Origin: Polyangiales bacterium
GTDB lineage: Bacteria; Myxococcota_A; Polyangia; Polyangiales; Ga0077539
Assembly (NCBI GenBank): GCA_044229975.1
Contig: JBGARZ010000024.1
Location: forward strand, 32,001-96,000
DNA length: 64,000 bases
Direction: 5' to 3'
A program made the translations under genes and the position numbers. A model generated the notes under the pieces. It worked only from the letters and a program-made list of their open reading frames with translations. It had not been told where the DNA came from and searched no databases. This document shows, in pieces, positions 38,500 to 48,613 of this stretch (the first letter of the stretch is position 1; every line of letters begins with the position of its first letter).

Positions 38500-39738
38500 T
38501 CAGTGTGGCACAGGGCGCTCCCAGGCGCGGAGGGCGTCGACGAGGCCGTCGGCGGAGCGCTCGTCGCGCAGCGCGCGGATGGGCAGGAAGACGCCCCGGC
38601 GCGGGAGGCTGGTGGAGATAGGGAAGCGCCGCGCGTCGCCCGTGGACGAGGTGAGGTAGTCGCTGCGCGCGTCGTAGCCACGGGCCAGCAGGTGGCGGCG
38701 GAAGCCCCACGGATCATCGACGCGGGCCACGAGGTTGAGGCCGGTGGCGTGACGGTCGTCCTCCCATGGGCCGAGCCCCACGCGCGGCCACGGACCGGCC
38801 GCGAGGATGCGCTGTGTGAGGGCGCGCTGGAGGGCGACGTCGCGGTCGACGTGGGCGAGGTGCTCGCTGGCGAGTCGCGCGCACGGGGCCGGGAGGCGGG
38901 CGAAGGTGGGCCAGGCGCGCGGGTTCGTCGGGGCGGGGAGCTCGGTCATGGCGCGGTCGAGGAGATCAACGCCACGGCCAACGAGGCGCGCGTGGGGCGG
39001 ACGAACGAGCGCGGGGTAGGAGCGGTCGCCGAAGAGCAAGGTTCCGCCGAGGGCGGAGAGCAGCGAGCGGACGAGCTCACCGCGCGGCACCTCACCGAGC
39101 GTCGGAGCAAGCGCTGCGATGGCGGCCGCGGTCTCGTCGTCGTCGGTGAGGACCACGCCGCCCATCACCCCGGTGAGCCCCTTGGTCAGGCTCAAACTGA
39201 ACGACCCACCCAGACTCCAGCGCCCCACGTGGCGGCCGTCGACGGAGGCGCCGAAGGCGTGGGCGCAGTCCTCGTAGAGGGCGATGCCGTGGTCGCGGGC
39301 GAAGGCGCTCCAGGCACGCAGGTCGTTGGGTCGGCCGAAGTAGTGACCGAGGAGGAGCGCGCGGGTGCGCGGGGTGAGCGCGCGCTCGACGGCCTCGGGC
39401 GTGGGCTCGCCGTGGGGAGACGTGACGTCGACGAAGACGGGCGTGAGACCCGCGCGGCGCACCATCTCGGGGACGGCGAAGAAGTTGTAGTCGGGCAGCA
39501 CCACCTCGGCGCCGGGGTGCGCGCGACCGAGCGGCGCGAGCAGGGCGTAGAGCCCGGTGCGGCCGTCGGGGAGCAGGAAGGCGTGGCGCGCCCCGGTGTA
39601 CGCGACGACGGCGGCGCGCAGGGCCTCGCGGTCGTCCGCGGCGCCGCGACCGGCAGCGCCCTCGGCGAGCGCGCGGGACAGCTCGCGCAGGAGCGACGCG
39701 GTTGCGAGCGGGACCACTTCGCGCGGGACGGCGACCAT
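38500..39738 (-). CDS. DegT/DnrJ/EryC1/StrS PLP aminotransferase
   Basis: GLTPVFVDV, HYFG.P, EDCAHAFG, SLSLTKG (PLP lysine). Confidence 0.88.
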   Translation of the reverse strand: MVAVPREVVPLATASLLRELSRALAEGAAGRGAADDREALRAAVVAYTGARHAFLLPDGRTGLYALLAPLGRAHPGAEVVLPDYNFFAVPEMVRRAGLTPVFVDVTSPHGEPTPEAVERALTPRTRALLLGHYFGRPNDLRAWSAFARDHGIALYEDCAHAFGASVDGRHVGRWSLGGSFSLSLTKGLTGVMGGVVLTDDDETAAAIAALAPTLGEVPRGELVRSLLSALGGTLLFGDRSYPALVRPPHARLVGRGVDLLDRAMTELPAPTNPRAWPTFARLPAPCARLASEHLAHVDRDVALQRALTQRILAAGPWPRVGLGPWEDDRHATGLNLVARVDDPWGFRRHLLARGYDARSDYLTSSTGDARRFPISTSLPRRGVFLPIRALRDERSADGLVDALRAWERPVPH

Positions 39739-39764
39739 GGGGCGCACGGTACGATGACCCCGCC

Positions 39765-40592
39765 ATGAGCCGCGTGGACTACGACCGCTGGGAGCCACGG
39801 CTCGACGCGCTGCGCGCGGACTGGGCGGCGGCGCGGCCGTTTCCGCACGTGGTGCTCGACGACTTCCTCGACCCGGCGGTGTGCCGCGCGCTCGTCGCGG
39901 AGGAGTTTCGCGACGTGGGCTCGGCGGGGTGGATCGAGAACCGGCACTACAGCCAGCGGCTGCGCTCGCGCAACGGCCGCGACGGCTTCGGGGCGTCCGC
40001 CCGCGCGCTGCTCGACGAGCTGGACTCACCGCGCTTTCGTGGGTTCGTCGAGCGTCTCACGGGCGAGACGGGTCTCTTCCTCGACCGCGAGATGCTGGAC
40101 GGCGGCGTGAGCGCGATGGGTAGCGGGGACTTCTTCGACCTGCACACGGACATGCGCTCGCACGCCCGCCACCGCCGCTGGATGCGCCGCGTGAACCTCA
40201 TCGTCTACCTGACCGAGACGTGGCGCGACGACTGGAACGGCGCCCTCGAGCTCTGGAGCGCCGACGCCCGACGCTGCGAGCAGCGCATCGCACCGCGCTA
40301 CAACCGCGCGGTGTTCTTCGAGGTGGGCGACGGGGCCGTGCACGGCGTGCCGGAGCCGCTCGCGTGCCCGCCCGGGGTGATGCGGCTCAACCTCGTCCTC
40401 TACTACTTCCGCGACGCCGGCCGGGAGGTGGCGCTCACGCACTTCCGCTACCGGGCGCGCCCCGACGAAGCCCGGCGGCGGCCGCTGGTGTGGGCCAACA
40501 ACGCCGCGCTGCTGGTCTACCAGGCCGCGCGTCGAACCCTCGGGGTGAGCGACGAGCAGGTGAGCCGGGTGCTCCGGGCGCTGCGGCGCTGA
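39765..40592 (+). CDS. 2OG-Fe(II) oxygenase
   Basis: PFPHVVLDDFL, LHTD, RRVNLIVYL, GALELW, VHG. Confidence 0.9.
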   Translation: MSRVDYDRWEPRLDALRADWAAARPFPHVVLDDFLDPAVCRALVAEEFRDVGSAGWIENRHYSQRLRSRNGRDGFGASARALLDELDSPRFRGFVERLTGETGLFLDREMLDGGVSAMGSGDFFDLHTDMRSHARHRRWMRRVNLIVYLTETWRDDWNGALELWSADARRCEQRIAPRYNRAVFFEVGDGAVHGVPEPLACPPGVMRLNLVLYYFRDAGREVALTHFRYRARPDEARRRPLVWANNAALLVYQAARRTLGVSDEQVSRVLRALRR

Positions 40593-40607
40593 GATACGCT
40601 GCGGGTC

Positions 40608-42086
40608 GTGCGCGTCCTGCTCGTCAACCCGCCGCCCCGGATGTTGGTCGACCAGTTCGACACGCCGGACTTCAGCCGCGTGGGACTGGCGTACCTCGCG
40701 GCCATGCTGCGGCGCGACCCGGACTGCGAGGTCGCCATCGTCGACGCGCGGCTCGAACGCCTGCGCCACGCCGACGTGCTCGCACGCGCGCAGAGCTTCG
40801 CGCCGGACGTGGTGGGGGTGACGGCGTTCACCAACGAGGTGAAGGCCGCGGCGCGGGTGGCCCGCGGCATCAAGCGGGCGTCGCCCACGACGGTGACGGT
40901 GATCGGCGGGGCGCACGTCTCGGCGCTGCCCGAGGAGACGCTGGAGGAGTTCGCGGAGTTCGACGTCGGGGTGGTGGGCGAAGGGGAGCACACGCTCGAC
41001 GCGCTGGTGCACGCGCTCGGTCGGAGAGAGCCGCTGGAGGGCATCGCGGGGCTCGTCTACCGCCGCGGGGACTCGACCCACCGCACCGAGGAGCGCGCCA
41101 ACGAGAGCGACCTCGACCGCTTCCCGCGACCCGCGTGGGACCTGCTGCCTGCGGCGCGGCGCGCGTTGCTCGTCACCCAGCGCGGCTGCCCCTACGCCTG
41201 CACCTTCTGCCAGAACCCTGGCGGTCGTCGCGTGCGGCAACACTCGGCGGCGCGGGTGCTCTCCGACATCGACTGGCTCGTGACCCACCAGCGCGTCGAG
41301 GAGCTGCTGGTCTGCGACGAGATCTTCACCGTCGACGCGCCGCGCACCGAGGCGCTGCTCGACACGATGATCGCCGCGAGGGTGGGCGACCGCGTCCGGT
41401 GGTGGGCGCAGACGCACGTCAACACGGCGAGCCGACGGCTCTTCGAGAAGATGCGCGCGGCGGGGTGTTTTCGCGTGGGCCTCGGCATCGAGACGGGCGA
41501 CGCCGACGCGATGCGCGCGATGCACAAGGGCATCTCGCGCGCGAAGGTGCTGGCCGCGCGGCGCATGGCCGCCGAGGCGGGCCTCGCGGTGGAGGGGTTG
41601 TTCATCCTGGGGCACCCCGGCGAGACCTGGGCGAGCGCGATGCGAACGGTGGACTTCGCGGTGGAGCTCGACCCGGAGATCCCGGTGTTTTCGACGATGG
41701 TTCCGTACCCGGGGACGCGCGTGGCGGAGATGGCCGCGAAGGGGGAGGGCGGCTACCGGCTGCTCTCGCGCGACTGGGACGACTACATCAACCAGATCGG
41801 GCACTCGCTGGCCTTCGAGCACCTGTCGCGGCGGCAGATGGAGCTGCTCCAGCTCTACGCGTACCTCAAGGTCTTCGCGGGCAACCGCCGCTGGAGTGAC
41901 CTCGCGCGCTTCGGGTGGACCTACCGCTCCGAGGGGATCGCGGTGGTGCGAAAGCTCTTCTCGGGCGCGATGCCGACGCCCGCGGAGCCCGACGCGGACG
42001 ACACCGCGCGCTTCGAGCGGGCGCCGATGTACTTCGAAGAAGCGACGAAGCGAGCGAGCCGCGTGTCGCTACCGCTGGTGGGCTGA
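40608..42086 (+). CDS. B12-binding radical SAM protein
   Basis: GLAYLAA, GGAHVS, GEGE, RGCPYACTFC, PYPGT. Confidence 0.92.
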   Translation: MRVLLVNPPPRMLVDQFDTPDFSRVGLAYLAAMLRRDPDCEVAIVDARLERLRHADVLARAQSFAPDVVGVTAFTNEVKAAARVARGIKRASPTTVTVIGGAHVSALPEETLEEFAEFDVGVVGEGEHTLDALVHALGRREPLEGIAGLVYRRGDSTHRTEERANESDLDRFPRPAWDLLPAARRALLVTQRGCPYACTFCQNPGGRRVRQHSAARVLSDIDWLVTHQRVEELLVCDEIFTVDAPRTEALLDTMIAARVGDRVRWWAQTHVNTASRRLFEKMRAAGCFRVGLGIETGDADAMRAMHKGISRAKVLAARRMAAEAGLAVEGLFILGHPGETWASAMRTVDFAVELDPEIPVFSTMVPYPGTRVAEMAAKGEGGYRLLSRDWDDYINQIGHSLAFEHLSRRQMELLQLYAYLKVFAGNRRWSDLARFGWTYRSEGIAVVRKLFSGAMPTPAEPDADDTARFERAPMYFEEATKRASRVSLPLVG

Positions 42087-42107
42087 CGGGCTCAGGACAT
42101 GCGCGCG

Positions 42108-42216
42108 GCGGAGAGAGCCGCCAGGGCGCAAGGGGCGCAAGGACCGGAGGGATGAGGTTCTGCGCGGAGAAATCTTTCTCTCCTTGCGCCCCTTGCGCCC
42201 TGGCGGCTCTCTCCGC
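42108..42216. repeat. Perfect 36-bp inverted repeat, same family as 11360-11459
   Basis: Arms 42108-42143 and 42181-42216; shared gggcgcaaggg.cgcaagga core; between convergent genes. Confidence 0.9.
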
Positions 42217-42218
42217 GG

Positions 42219-42902
42219 CTACCGACGCCCCGCGTCCCACCGCACCGACAACATGCACCGCAGGATGCGCGCCCCGTCGCGCAGGCTGCTGAGGCCGCTC
42301 GCGCCGTGCGAGCGCGCCGAGCGCGTCACCGGAACCTCCACCACCTTGCCGCCCGCCAGGTGCACCCGCAGCAGCAGCTCGGTCTCGATGTCGTAGCGCC
42401 GCGCCCGCAGCGGCAGCCCTTCGAGCGCTCGCTTCCGCACGGCGCGGAAGCCCGCCTGCGTATCGCTGACGTGCATCCCGAAGAGCGCGTTGGAGACGGC
42501 CGTGAGGCCCACGTTGCCCATGCGGTTGAAGCCCGTGATGGCGCCGTCGCGAAACGTCCCCAGGAAGCGCGACCCGATCACCAGCGCGACGTCGTCCGCG
42601 AGCGCGCCCAGCAGCAGCGGTATCTCCGCCGGGTCGTCCTGCCCGTCCGCGTCGAGGAACACCAGCACCTCCCCGCGCGCCTCCGCGATGCCCCGCCGCA
42701 GCGCCGCCCCCTTGCCCTGGTTCACGGGCAGCCGCACCACCCGCGCGCCTGCCTCTTCGGCCAGCGCCGCGGTCGCGTCGCGCGAGCCGTCGTCCACCAC
42801 CAGCACCTCGCCGAGGTCCGGCGTGTGCGCACGGCAGCCCCGCACCACCCCCGCGATGCTCGGCGCCTCGTCGTGCGCCGCGATCACCACCGACACGCTC
42901 AC
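42219..42902 (-). CDS. Glycosyltransferase family 2
   Basis: VIAAHDE, VDDGSRD, NQGKG, DADGQD, DTQAGFRA. Confidence 0.9.
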   Translation of the reverse strand: MSVSVVIAAHDEAPSIAGVVRGCRAHTPDLGEVLVVDDGSRDATAALAEEAGARVVRLPVNQGKGAALRRGIAEARGEVLVFLDADGQDDPAEIPLLLGALADDVALVIGSRFLGTFRDGAITGFNRMGNVGLTAVSNALFGMHVSDTQAGFRAVRKRALEGLPLRARRYDIETELLLRVHLAGGKVVEVPVTRSARSHGASGLSSLRDGARILRCMLSVRWDAGRR

Positions 42903-43870
42903 AGCACCCACCGGGCGTCGCCCGCCCGCTCCTCCCAGCGCAGCGCCTGCACCGCAAACGCCGTCGCCCAGGTGTTCACGTCGCGACTCCCCGCCTCGTA
43001 GACCAGGCCGCCCGACTCGTCCTGCGCCGCGCTCAGACAAGCCTTCGCGCGCGCCACGTTCGGCGCCCAGCGGGCCCGGTCGTGCCAGCACCACAGCCGC
43101 ATCGCCTGCGCCGTCGCGTCACTCCGCCGCCCGCCCCACGCCCGCGCTCCGTCGTGCCACGCCCGCAGCGCGCCCACCTCGTCCTGCGCCGTCGCGAGCC
43201 ACTGCGCTCCGGCCTCCAGCGTGTCGTCGAAGCCCTCCCAGCCGCGCGCTCGCAGGCAGGCCAGTCCCTCCAGCGCGTAGAGCGTCGCGTGCAGATAACT
43301 CTCCGTCGCCAGCGCGTGCGTCGGGAAGCGCCCGCCGCGACCCAGCGGCGCCAGCGCCTCCACCAACGAGCGCACCGTCCCGCGGTGGCGGTCTTCCCCG
43401 AGGCGTTCATCGAGGGCCGTGAGGGCCACACAGCACTTCAGCAGGTGGCTCCCGTAGCTCACGCTCCAGTGCCCCGCGGGCGCGTCGACCTCGCCCTCCA
43501 CGCACACGCCGCGGTCGAGCATCGCGCAGGCCGCGCGCCCCATCCGCTCGGGCAACCCGACATCATCGAGAACCCCGCCCGCCCGCTCGTGGGCGAGCAA
43601 CCCCGCGAGGCACACGCTGGTGTCGAAGGCGTAGCGCGCACCACCGCGCCCGACGAAACCATCGGCGTCGACGTCCCGCGCGAGGCGCGATGCGAGGCGC
43701 GTGCGCAGTGCTGCGGTGCCGGGCTCGGCGGCCAGCGCGCTGAGCACGAGGCCCGCGGCTTCGGGGTAGGAGTAACCCGGATGCGCAGGGTTGCTCCACG
43801 AACGAACGGCCCCGTCGGAGTCGACCACGGCGGGGCTTTGCAGCCACGCGAGGAGGGCGTCGGGGGTCAC
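42899..43870 (-). CDS. Hypothetical (alpha/alpha)-barrel protein
   Basis: YSYPEAAG, YAFDT, HATLYALEGL, WL..AQDE.G repeats reminiscent of prenyltransferase/six-hairpin folds. Confidence 0.55.
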   Translation of the reverse strand: MTPDALLAWLQSPAVVDSDGAVRSWSNPAHPGYSYPEAAGLVLSALAAEPGTAALRTRLASRLARDVDADGFVGRGGARYAFDTSVCLAGLLAHERAGGVLDDVGLPERMGRAACAMLDRGVCVEGEVDAPAGHWSVSYGSHLLKCCVALTALDERLGEDRHRGTVRSLVEALAPLGRGGRFPTHALATESYLHATLYALEGLACLRARGWEGFDDTLEAGAQWLATAQDEVGALRAWHDGARAWGGRRSDATAQAMRLWCWHDRARWAPNVARAKACLSAAQDESGGLVYEAGSRDVNTWATAFAVQALRWEERAGDARWVL

Positions 43871-44976
43871 GGCGTTCCGAAGCGGGCGAGGACGTCGCGG
43901 ACGATGCGCTGCGCGGCCATGCCGTCGCCCAGGACGTCCACCGGATGGCTCATGCGCTCGTAGGCGGCGGGGCTGTCGAGCAGCGTCACCATCGCGTCGA
44001 CGAGCTCGTCGGGGCGCGTCCCGACGAGGCGGGCCGTCCCGTCGTGGACGGCCTCGGTGCGCTCGGTCGAACGGCGCGTCACCAGCAGCGGGCGGCCGAG
44101 CGCGGCAGCCTCTTCCTGCACACCACCCGAGTCGGTCACCACCAGCCACGCGCCCGCCAGCAGCCCGATGAATTCCCGGTGACCCATCGGGTCGAGCAGG
44201 CGCACCCCGGGGACACCCGCCAGCAGCTCGCGCACCGGCTCGTACGCCCCCGGGTGCGGGTGCAGCACGTAGTCGACCTCCACGTCGGGCCGCGCCCGCG
44301 TCACCCGCCGCAGCGCCTCGCAGAGCCCACGAACGCCGTCACCGAAGTTCTCCCGACGATGGCAGGTGACCAGCACGCGCCGCCGCGAACCCGGCGCCGG
44401 AGCGTGCGGCGCGATGTCGACCGCGCGCAACGCATCGATGACCGTGTTGCCCACCACCACGATGGACGCCTCGGCGCAGCCCTCGGCGAGCAGGTTGGCG
44501 CGGGCCTGCGCCGTCGGCGCGTAGTGCACGGCCGCGAGGCGCGCGGTGAGCACCCGGTGGGCCTCTTCGGGGAAGGGCTGGGCCGGGTCGAAGGTGCGCA
44601 GCCCCGCCTCGACGTGCCCCACCGGAATCTGCGCATAGAACGCCGCCAGCGACGCGCCCAGCGTGGTGGTCGTGTCGCCCTGCACCAGCACCAGGTCGGG
44701 CCGGCGGTCGGCGACGTGGCCCTCCACCGCCGTGAGGATGGCGCTCAGCGTGGCCCCGAGCCGCCGCTCGAAGGACGGCAGGTCGACGCGCACGGTGGGA
44801 CGCAGGCCCCACTCGTCGAGCGCCTGTTCGAGCACGGCGCCCTGCTGACCGACGGCGCACAGCTCGACGGCGAAGCGATCGGGCGACTGCGACAGCGCGC
44901 GCACCACCGGGGCCATCTTGATGACCTCGGGGCGCGTCCCGACGGCGACCAGCACGGACAGCGGGCGCGGGCTCAC
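43867..44976 (-). CDS. wecB: UDP-N-acetylglucosamine 2-epimerase
   Basis: GTRPEVIKMAP, QGDTTT, GHVEAGLRT, HRREN, TDSGGVQEEA. Confidence 0.93.
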   Translation of the reverse strand: MSPRPLSVLVAVGTRPEVIKMAPVVRALSQSPDRFAVELCAVGQQGAVLEQALDEWGLRPTVRVDLPSFERRLGATLSAILTAVEGHVADRRPDLVLVQGDTTTTLGASLAAFYAQIPVGHVEAGLRTFDPAQPFPEEAHRVLTARLAAVHYAPTAQARANLLAEGCAEASIVVVGNTVIDALRAVDIAPHAPAPGSRRRVLVTCHRRENFGDGVRGLCEALRRVTRARPDVEVDYVLHPHPGAYEPVRELLAGVPGVRLLDPMGHREFIGLLAGAWLVVTDSGGVQEEAAALGRPLLVTRRSTERTEAVHDGTARLVGTRPDELVDAMVTLLDSPAAYERMSHPVDVLGDGMAAQRIVRDVLARFGTP

Positions 44977-46064
44977 GTCACACCGCTGCGATCGGTGAGG
45001 AGACGGAGGCCACGGCGGAGGGTCTGCACTGCGGTCTGCACCGGGGCGCCCGCGAGGGCGGGGTAGGCCTCGCACGGGGTGAAACAACCGCCGCACGCGA
45101 GGCGCTCGATGTCGGCGCGGGCGGCGAGGGTGGCGGGGTCGTTCCAGAGGTCGCGCACGGGGCGGGTGCGGAGGTTGCCGAGCGGCCGGTCGTAGACGTG
45201 GCAGGGGTAGAGGTCGCCTTCGGGCGAGATGAAGCAGGTGCTGCGCAGCGACTGGCACGTCACGCCCGTGGGCTCGCCCTTCAGGTACGACTCCAGGTTC
45301 ACCAGGAAGACGAGCTCCATCAGGTCGACGAGCGAGCGCGGCGCGCCGCGGCGCTGGAGGTGCGTGACCACCAGCCGGTCGCTCTTCACCGATGGAAGCG
45401 AAGCCATCGAAGCGTTGTCGAAGAAGTGCTGTGAGATCTGGAGCCAGTTCCAGTGCCACTCGGCGGCGGTGAAGCCGGGGATGGCTTCGCGCAGAGCATC
45501 ACCGAGGGCCGCGACGTGGTCGGCATTGCTGGGCGTGACGGTGGTGCCGACGTAGACGCCCACACCCTCGATGGCGCGCAGCGCGCGGAGCGTCTCCAGC
45601 GCGCGGTCGTAGGAGCCGGCGCGCCCGCGGATGCGGTCGTGCAGGTCGCGCGGACCATCGAGGCTCACGGTGACGATGAGCGACAGCTCGGGGCGGCGCG
45701 CGCGGATGCGCTGCACGGCCTCGACGGTGCGCGCGGTGAACCACCCGTTGGTGGGGAAGTGCAGCATCCGCAGCGCGGGCGCGGCGTCGAGCACGGCGTC
45801 GAGCAGCTCGCTGGCGTCGCGGCGCAGGAAGATCTCGCCGCCCGTCACGTCGAGCCAGCAGAGCTTCGGCATCTGCCCGAGGATGGCGCGCACCTCGTCG
45901 GGGGTGAGCTCGTGGCCCGGCGTGACCTGCCACGTGTGGCACATCTCGCAGCGGAGGTTGCAGCGGCGCGTGAGGTCCATCACCACGCGCGTCGGCGTCG
46001 ACGGGCGGTGGAACCACGTCTCCGTGAGGCGGGCGATCAGCGACGGCGTGGCGAGGGCGCGCAC
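44973..46064 (-). CDS. Radical SAM/SPASM-twitch protein
   Basis: CNLRCEMC, TGGE, SLDG; C...GDLYPC...CGGCFTPC. Confidence 0.9.
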   Translation of the reverse strand: MRALATPSLIARLTETWFHRPSTPTRVVMDLTRRCNLRCEMCHTWQVTPGHELTPDEVRAILGQMPKLCWLDVTGGEIFLRRDASELLDAVLDAAPALRMLHFPTNGWFTARTVEAVQRIRARRPELSLIVTVSLDGPRDLHDRIRGRAGSYDRALETLRALRAIEGVGVYVGTTVTPSNADHVAALGDALREAIPGFTAAEWHWNWLQISQHFFDNASMASLPSVKSDRLVVTHLQRRGAPRSLVDLMELVFLVNLESYLKGEPTGVTCQSLRSTCFISPEGDLYPCHVYDRPLGNLRTRPVRDLWNDPATLAARADIERLACGGCFTPCEAYPALAGAPVQTAVQTLRRGLRLLTDRSGVT

Positions 46065-46073
46065 CGGCGGAGA

Positions 46074-47573
46074 CTACACCTGCGGCAGTCGTCGCCGCTC
46101 GGGCGCCGCGGGGGCAGGCGGGCGGGGCGCTTCGACGGGGTGCTCGGCCTCGGGTCCGTGGTCGAAGGAGTGGGCATCAGCCCCCGGCGCGGGCCCCTTC
46201 CCTGCGACCAGCTTCACGAACACCGGGACCAGCTTGAGCAGCTCGCGCTTGCGCGGCACGAGCCGGGCGAAGCGCGCGATGCGCCGGGGGTCGAGGTAGA
46301 AGCGGAGGTAGGCGTTGCGCTGGATGACCTTGAGCTCATCAGCGGGCACTTCCGACAGGCTGTGGGGGTTGTCGTAGTAGTTGAACTGTCCGCCGTGCAG
46401 GTCCTTCGCGGGGTCGACGTAGGCGTCGGCGAGGGGCGAGCCCTCGAAGGGCGTGACGAGGAAGAAGCCCGCCGAGTGGAGCCTGGAGTCGAGGGCGAAG
46501 CGCACGGTGCTGTCGACCTCGGCGCGGGTCTCGCCGGGGAAGCCCAGCATGAAGAAGCCGTGGGCCAGGATGCCCATGCGGTCGGTGTCCTCGATGAGCT
46601 GGCGCACCTTGTCGATCTTCAGGTGCTTCTTCACCTGCTTCTGGATGCGCGGTGAGGCGCTCTCGATGGCGTAGCTCACGCGCCAGGTGCCGGCGGCCTT
46701 CATCGCCGCGAGCATCTCCAGGTCCATCATGTCGGCGCGCACGCCGTTGGGAAACTGGAGGTCGATCTTCCAGCCCTTCGCCACGATGAGCGCACAGATC
46801 TCCAGCACGCGCTTCTTGTTGAAGTTGAAGATGTCGTCATAGACCTGAAACGACGTCACCCCGTAGCGGGTGATGAGCAGCTCCATCTCCTCGATGACCT
46901 TGGCGGGCGAGCGCGCGCGAAACTTCTTCCCGAAGACGTCGTGGCAGTAGGTGCACTTGAAGGGACACCCGCGCGACGTGGCGATCACCGCCCAGCGCCC
47001 GCGGGTGAGTCGCTCCATGGAGTCGAAGCGCTCGTAGGCGTCCATGTCGATGCGGTCCCAGCTCGGGATGGGCATCGCGTCGAGCTCCTTCACGAGCACC
47101 CGCGGCGGGTTCTGCACCACCAAACCCTCGCGGCGGAAGATGAGCCCGTCGACGCGCGCGGGGTCGCCCTTCACCGCGAGCGCGGTGAGCAGCTCGTGGA
47201 GGGTCTCCTCGCCTTCACCCACCACCGCGTAGTCGACGCTCGGGTCGGCCATCACCGAGCGCGTCGAGCTCGTCGGGTACGGGCCGCCGAGCACCGTCAC
47301 CACGTGCGGCGCGGCCTGCTTGATGAGCTTCGCGAGGGCATGGATGGCGTCGCGCTCGATGGTGAGACCGGAGAGGCCCACCACGTCGGGGCGGTCGGCC
47401 AGGATGCGGCGGCACGCCTGCGCGGGCGTCTCCTTCGCGAGCCGCATGTCGTAGAGGCGGATGTCGTCGTGCCCTTTGGTGCGGAGGTACGCGTCGAGGG
47501 ACATGATCCCCAGCGGGTGGGCGAGGTCATCGACCAGCATCGGCTGGTAGGTCCGGACGAGCGCGAGGCGCAT
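46074..47573 (-). CDS. B12-binding radical SAM protein (paralog of 48614-50185)
   Basis: HPLGIM, GEGE, SRGCPFKCTYC. Confidence 0.92.
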   Translation of the reverse strand: MRLALVRTYQPMLVDDLAHPLGIMSLDAYLRTKGHDDIRLYDMRLAKETPAQACRRILADRPDVVGLSGLTIERDAIHALAKLIKQAAPHVVTVLGGPYPTSSTRSVMADPSVDYAVVGEGEETLHELLTALAVKGDPARVDGLIFRREGLVVQNPPRVLVKELDAMPIPSWDRIDMDAYERFDSMERLTRGRWAVIATSRGCPFKCTYCHDVFGKKFRARSPAKVIEEMELLITRYGVTSFQVYDDIFNFNKKRVLEICALIVAKGWKIDLQFPNGVRADMMDLEMLAAMKAAGTWRVSYAIESASPRIQKQVKKHLKIDKVRQLIEDTDRMGILAHGFFMLGFPGETRAEVDSTVRFALDSRLHSAGFFLVTPFEGSPLADAYVDPAKDLHGGQFNYYDNPHSLSEVPADELKVIQRNAYLRFYLDPRRIARFARLVPRKRELLKLVPVFVKLVAGKGPAPGADAHSFDHGPEAEHPVEAPRPPAPAAPERRRLPQV

Positions 47574-47670
47574 GGGCTGACTCCGTAGGTACTCCCGCGC
47601 GCGGGGGAGCGTCCATCACCGGGGCCGCCGCGGCTTGACCGTGCGCCGACGCGGGCGCGAGCATCGCCGC

Positions 47671-48531
47671 ATGGAGCCTCCGGCGATCCTCGACTGGGCG
47701 CGGCTGGAGCGGCGCCTCGCCGACGACCGCGCGGACTACCGGGCGCGCGGGGAGGCGCCGCACGTCGTCATCGACGGCTTCCTCGACGGGTCGTGGATGA
47801 CGTCGACCGCGCTCGTGGAGACGGTGCGCGCGCTCGGCCGCAGCCGCGCGGTCACCGAGTACAGCTATTACAACACCCGGAGCGCGGCGACGGAGGGCCA
47901 CGCCGCGCTGCCGCCCGCGGTGCGCGCGCTCATCGACGAGCTGCACTCCGCCCGCTTCATCGCCCACCTCGAAGCGCTCACCGGCATCGACGGTCTGGTC
48001 GCCGACGAGGCGCTCACCAACGGCGGCGTGCACTTCATGAAGCCGGGCGGCTACCTGCGGCTGCACCGCGACGAGTTCATCCACCCCGACCGCCCGACGC
48101 TGCGCCGTCGGCTCAACCTGCTGCTCTACCTCAACGATGCCTGGGAGGAGGCCTACGGCGGGCACCTGGAGCTGTGGTCCCGCGACGGCAGCGCGCAGCT
48201 CCACCGCATCCTGCCGATCGCCAACCGCTGCGTGGTGACGGCCATCGAGGAGAACGTCCACGGCGTGCCCGGCGGCGTGCGCTGCCCGGAGGGCGACATG
48301 CGGAAGACGGTGATCCTCTGGTACTACACGGACGAGGGGCGCGCGGTGGACTTCGAGCCGGCGGTGTTCGTGAGCCGGCCCGATGACGGGCTCGCGCAGA
48401 AGCTCCTCGTCGATGCGGAGAGCCGCCTCTTCGGGCTCTACCACCGGGTCCGCCAGCGCTACCGCGGGGCGCACCGCGCGGCGCTCGCGGTGATGCAGGC
48501 CGTCGGCTACGGGCGCGTCGACCGGCGGTAG
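47671..48531 (+). CDS. 2OG-Fe(II) oxygenase
   Basis: PHVVIDGFL, LHRD, RRLNLLLYLN, GGHLELW, VHG. Confidence 0.9.
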   Translation: MEPPAILDWARLERRLADDRADYRARGEAPHVVIDGFLDGSWMTSTALVETVRALGRSRAVTEYSYYNTRSAATEGHAALPPAVRALIDELHSARFIAHLEALTGIDGLVADEALTNGGVHFMKPGGYLRLHRDEFIHPDRPTLRRRLNLLLYLNDAWEEAYGGHLELWSRDGSAQLHRILPIANRCVVTAIEENVHGVPGGVRCPEGDMRKTVILWYYTDEGRAVDFEPAVFVSRPDDGLAQKLLVDAESRLFGLYHRVRQRYRGAHRAALAVMQAVGYGRVDRR

Positions 48532-48613
48532 TGCGGGCGCGCGCGGGGCGCGCTTGACCCTCTCTGTTGCGGGGGAGGATGCTGCGGGCGCTCAAGGCAG
48601 GAGAGGCCCATCC

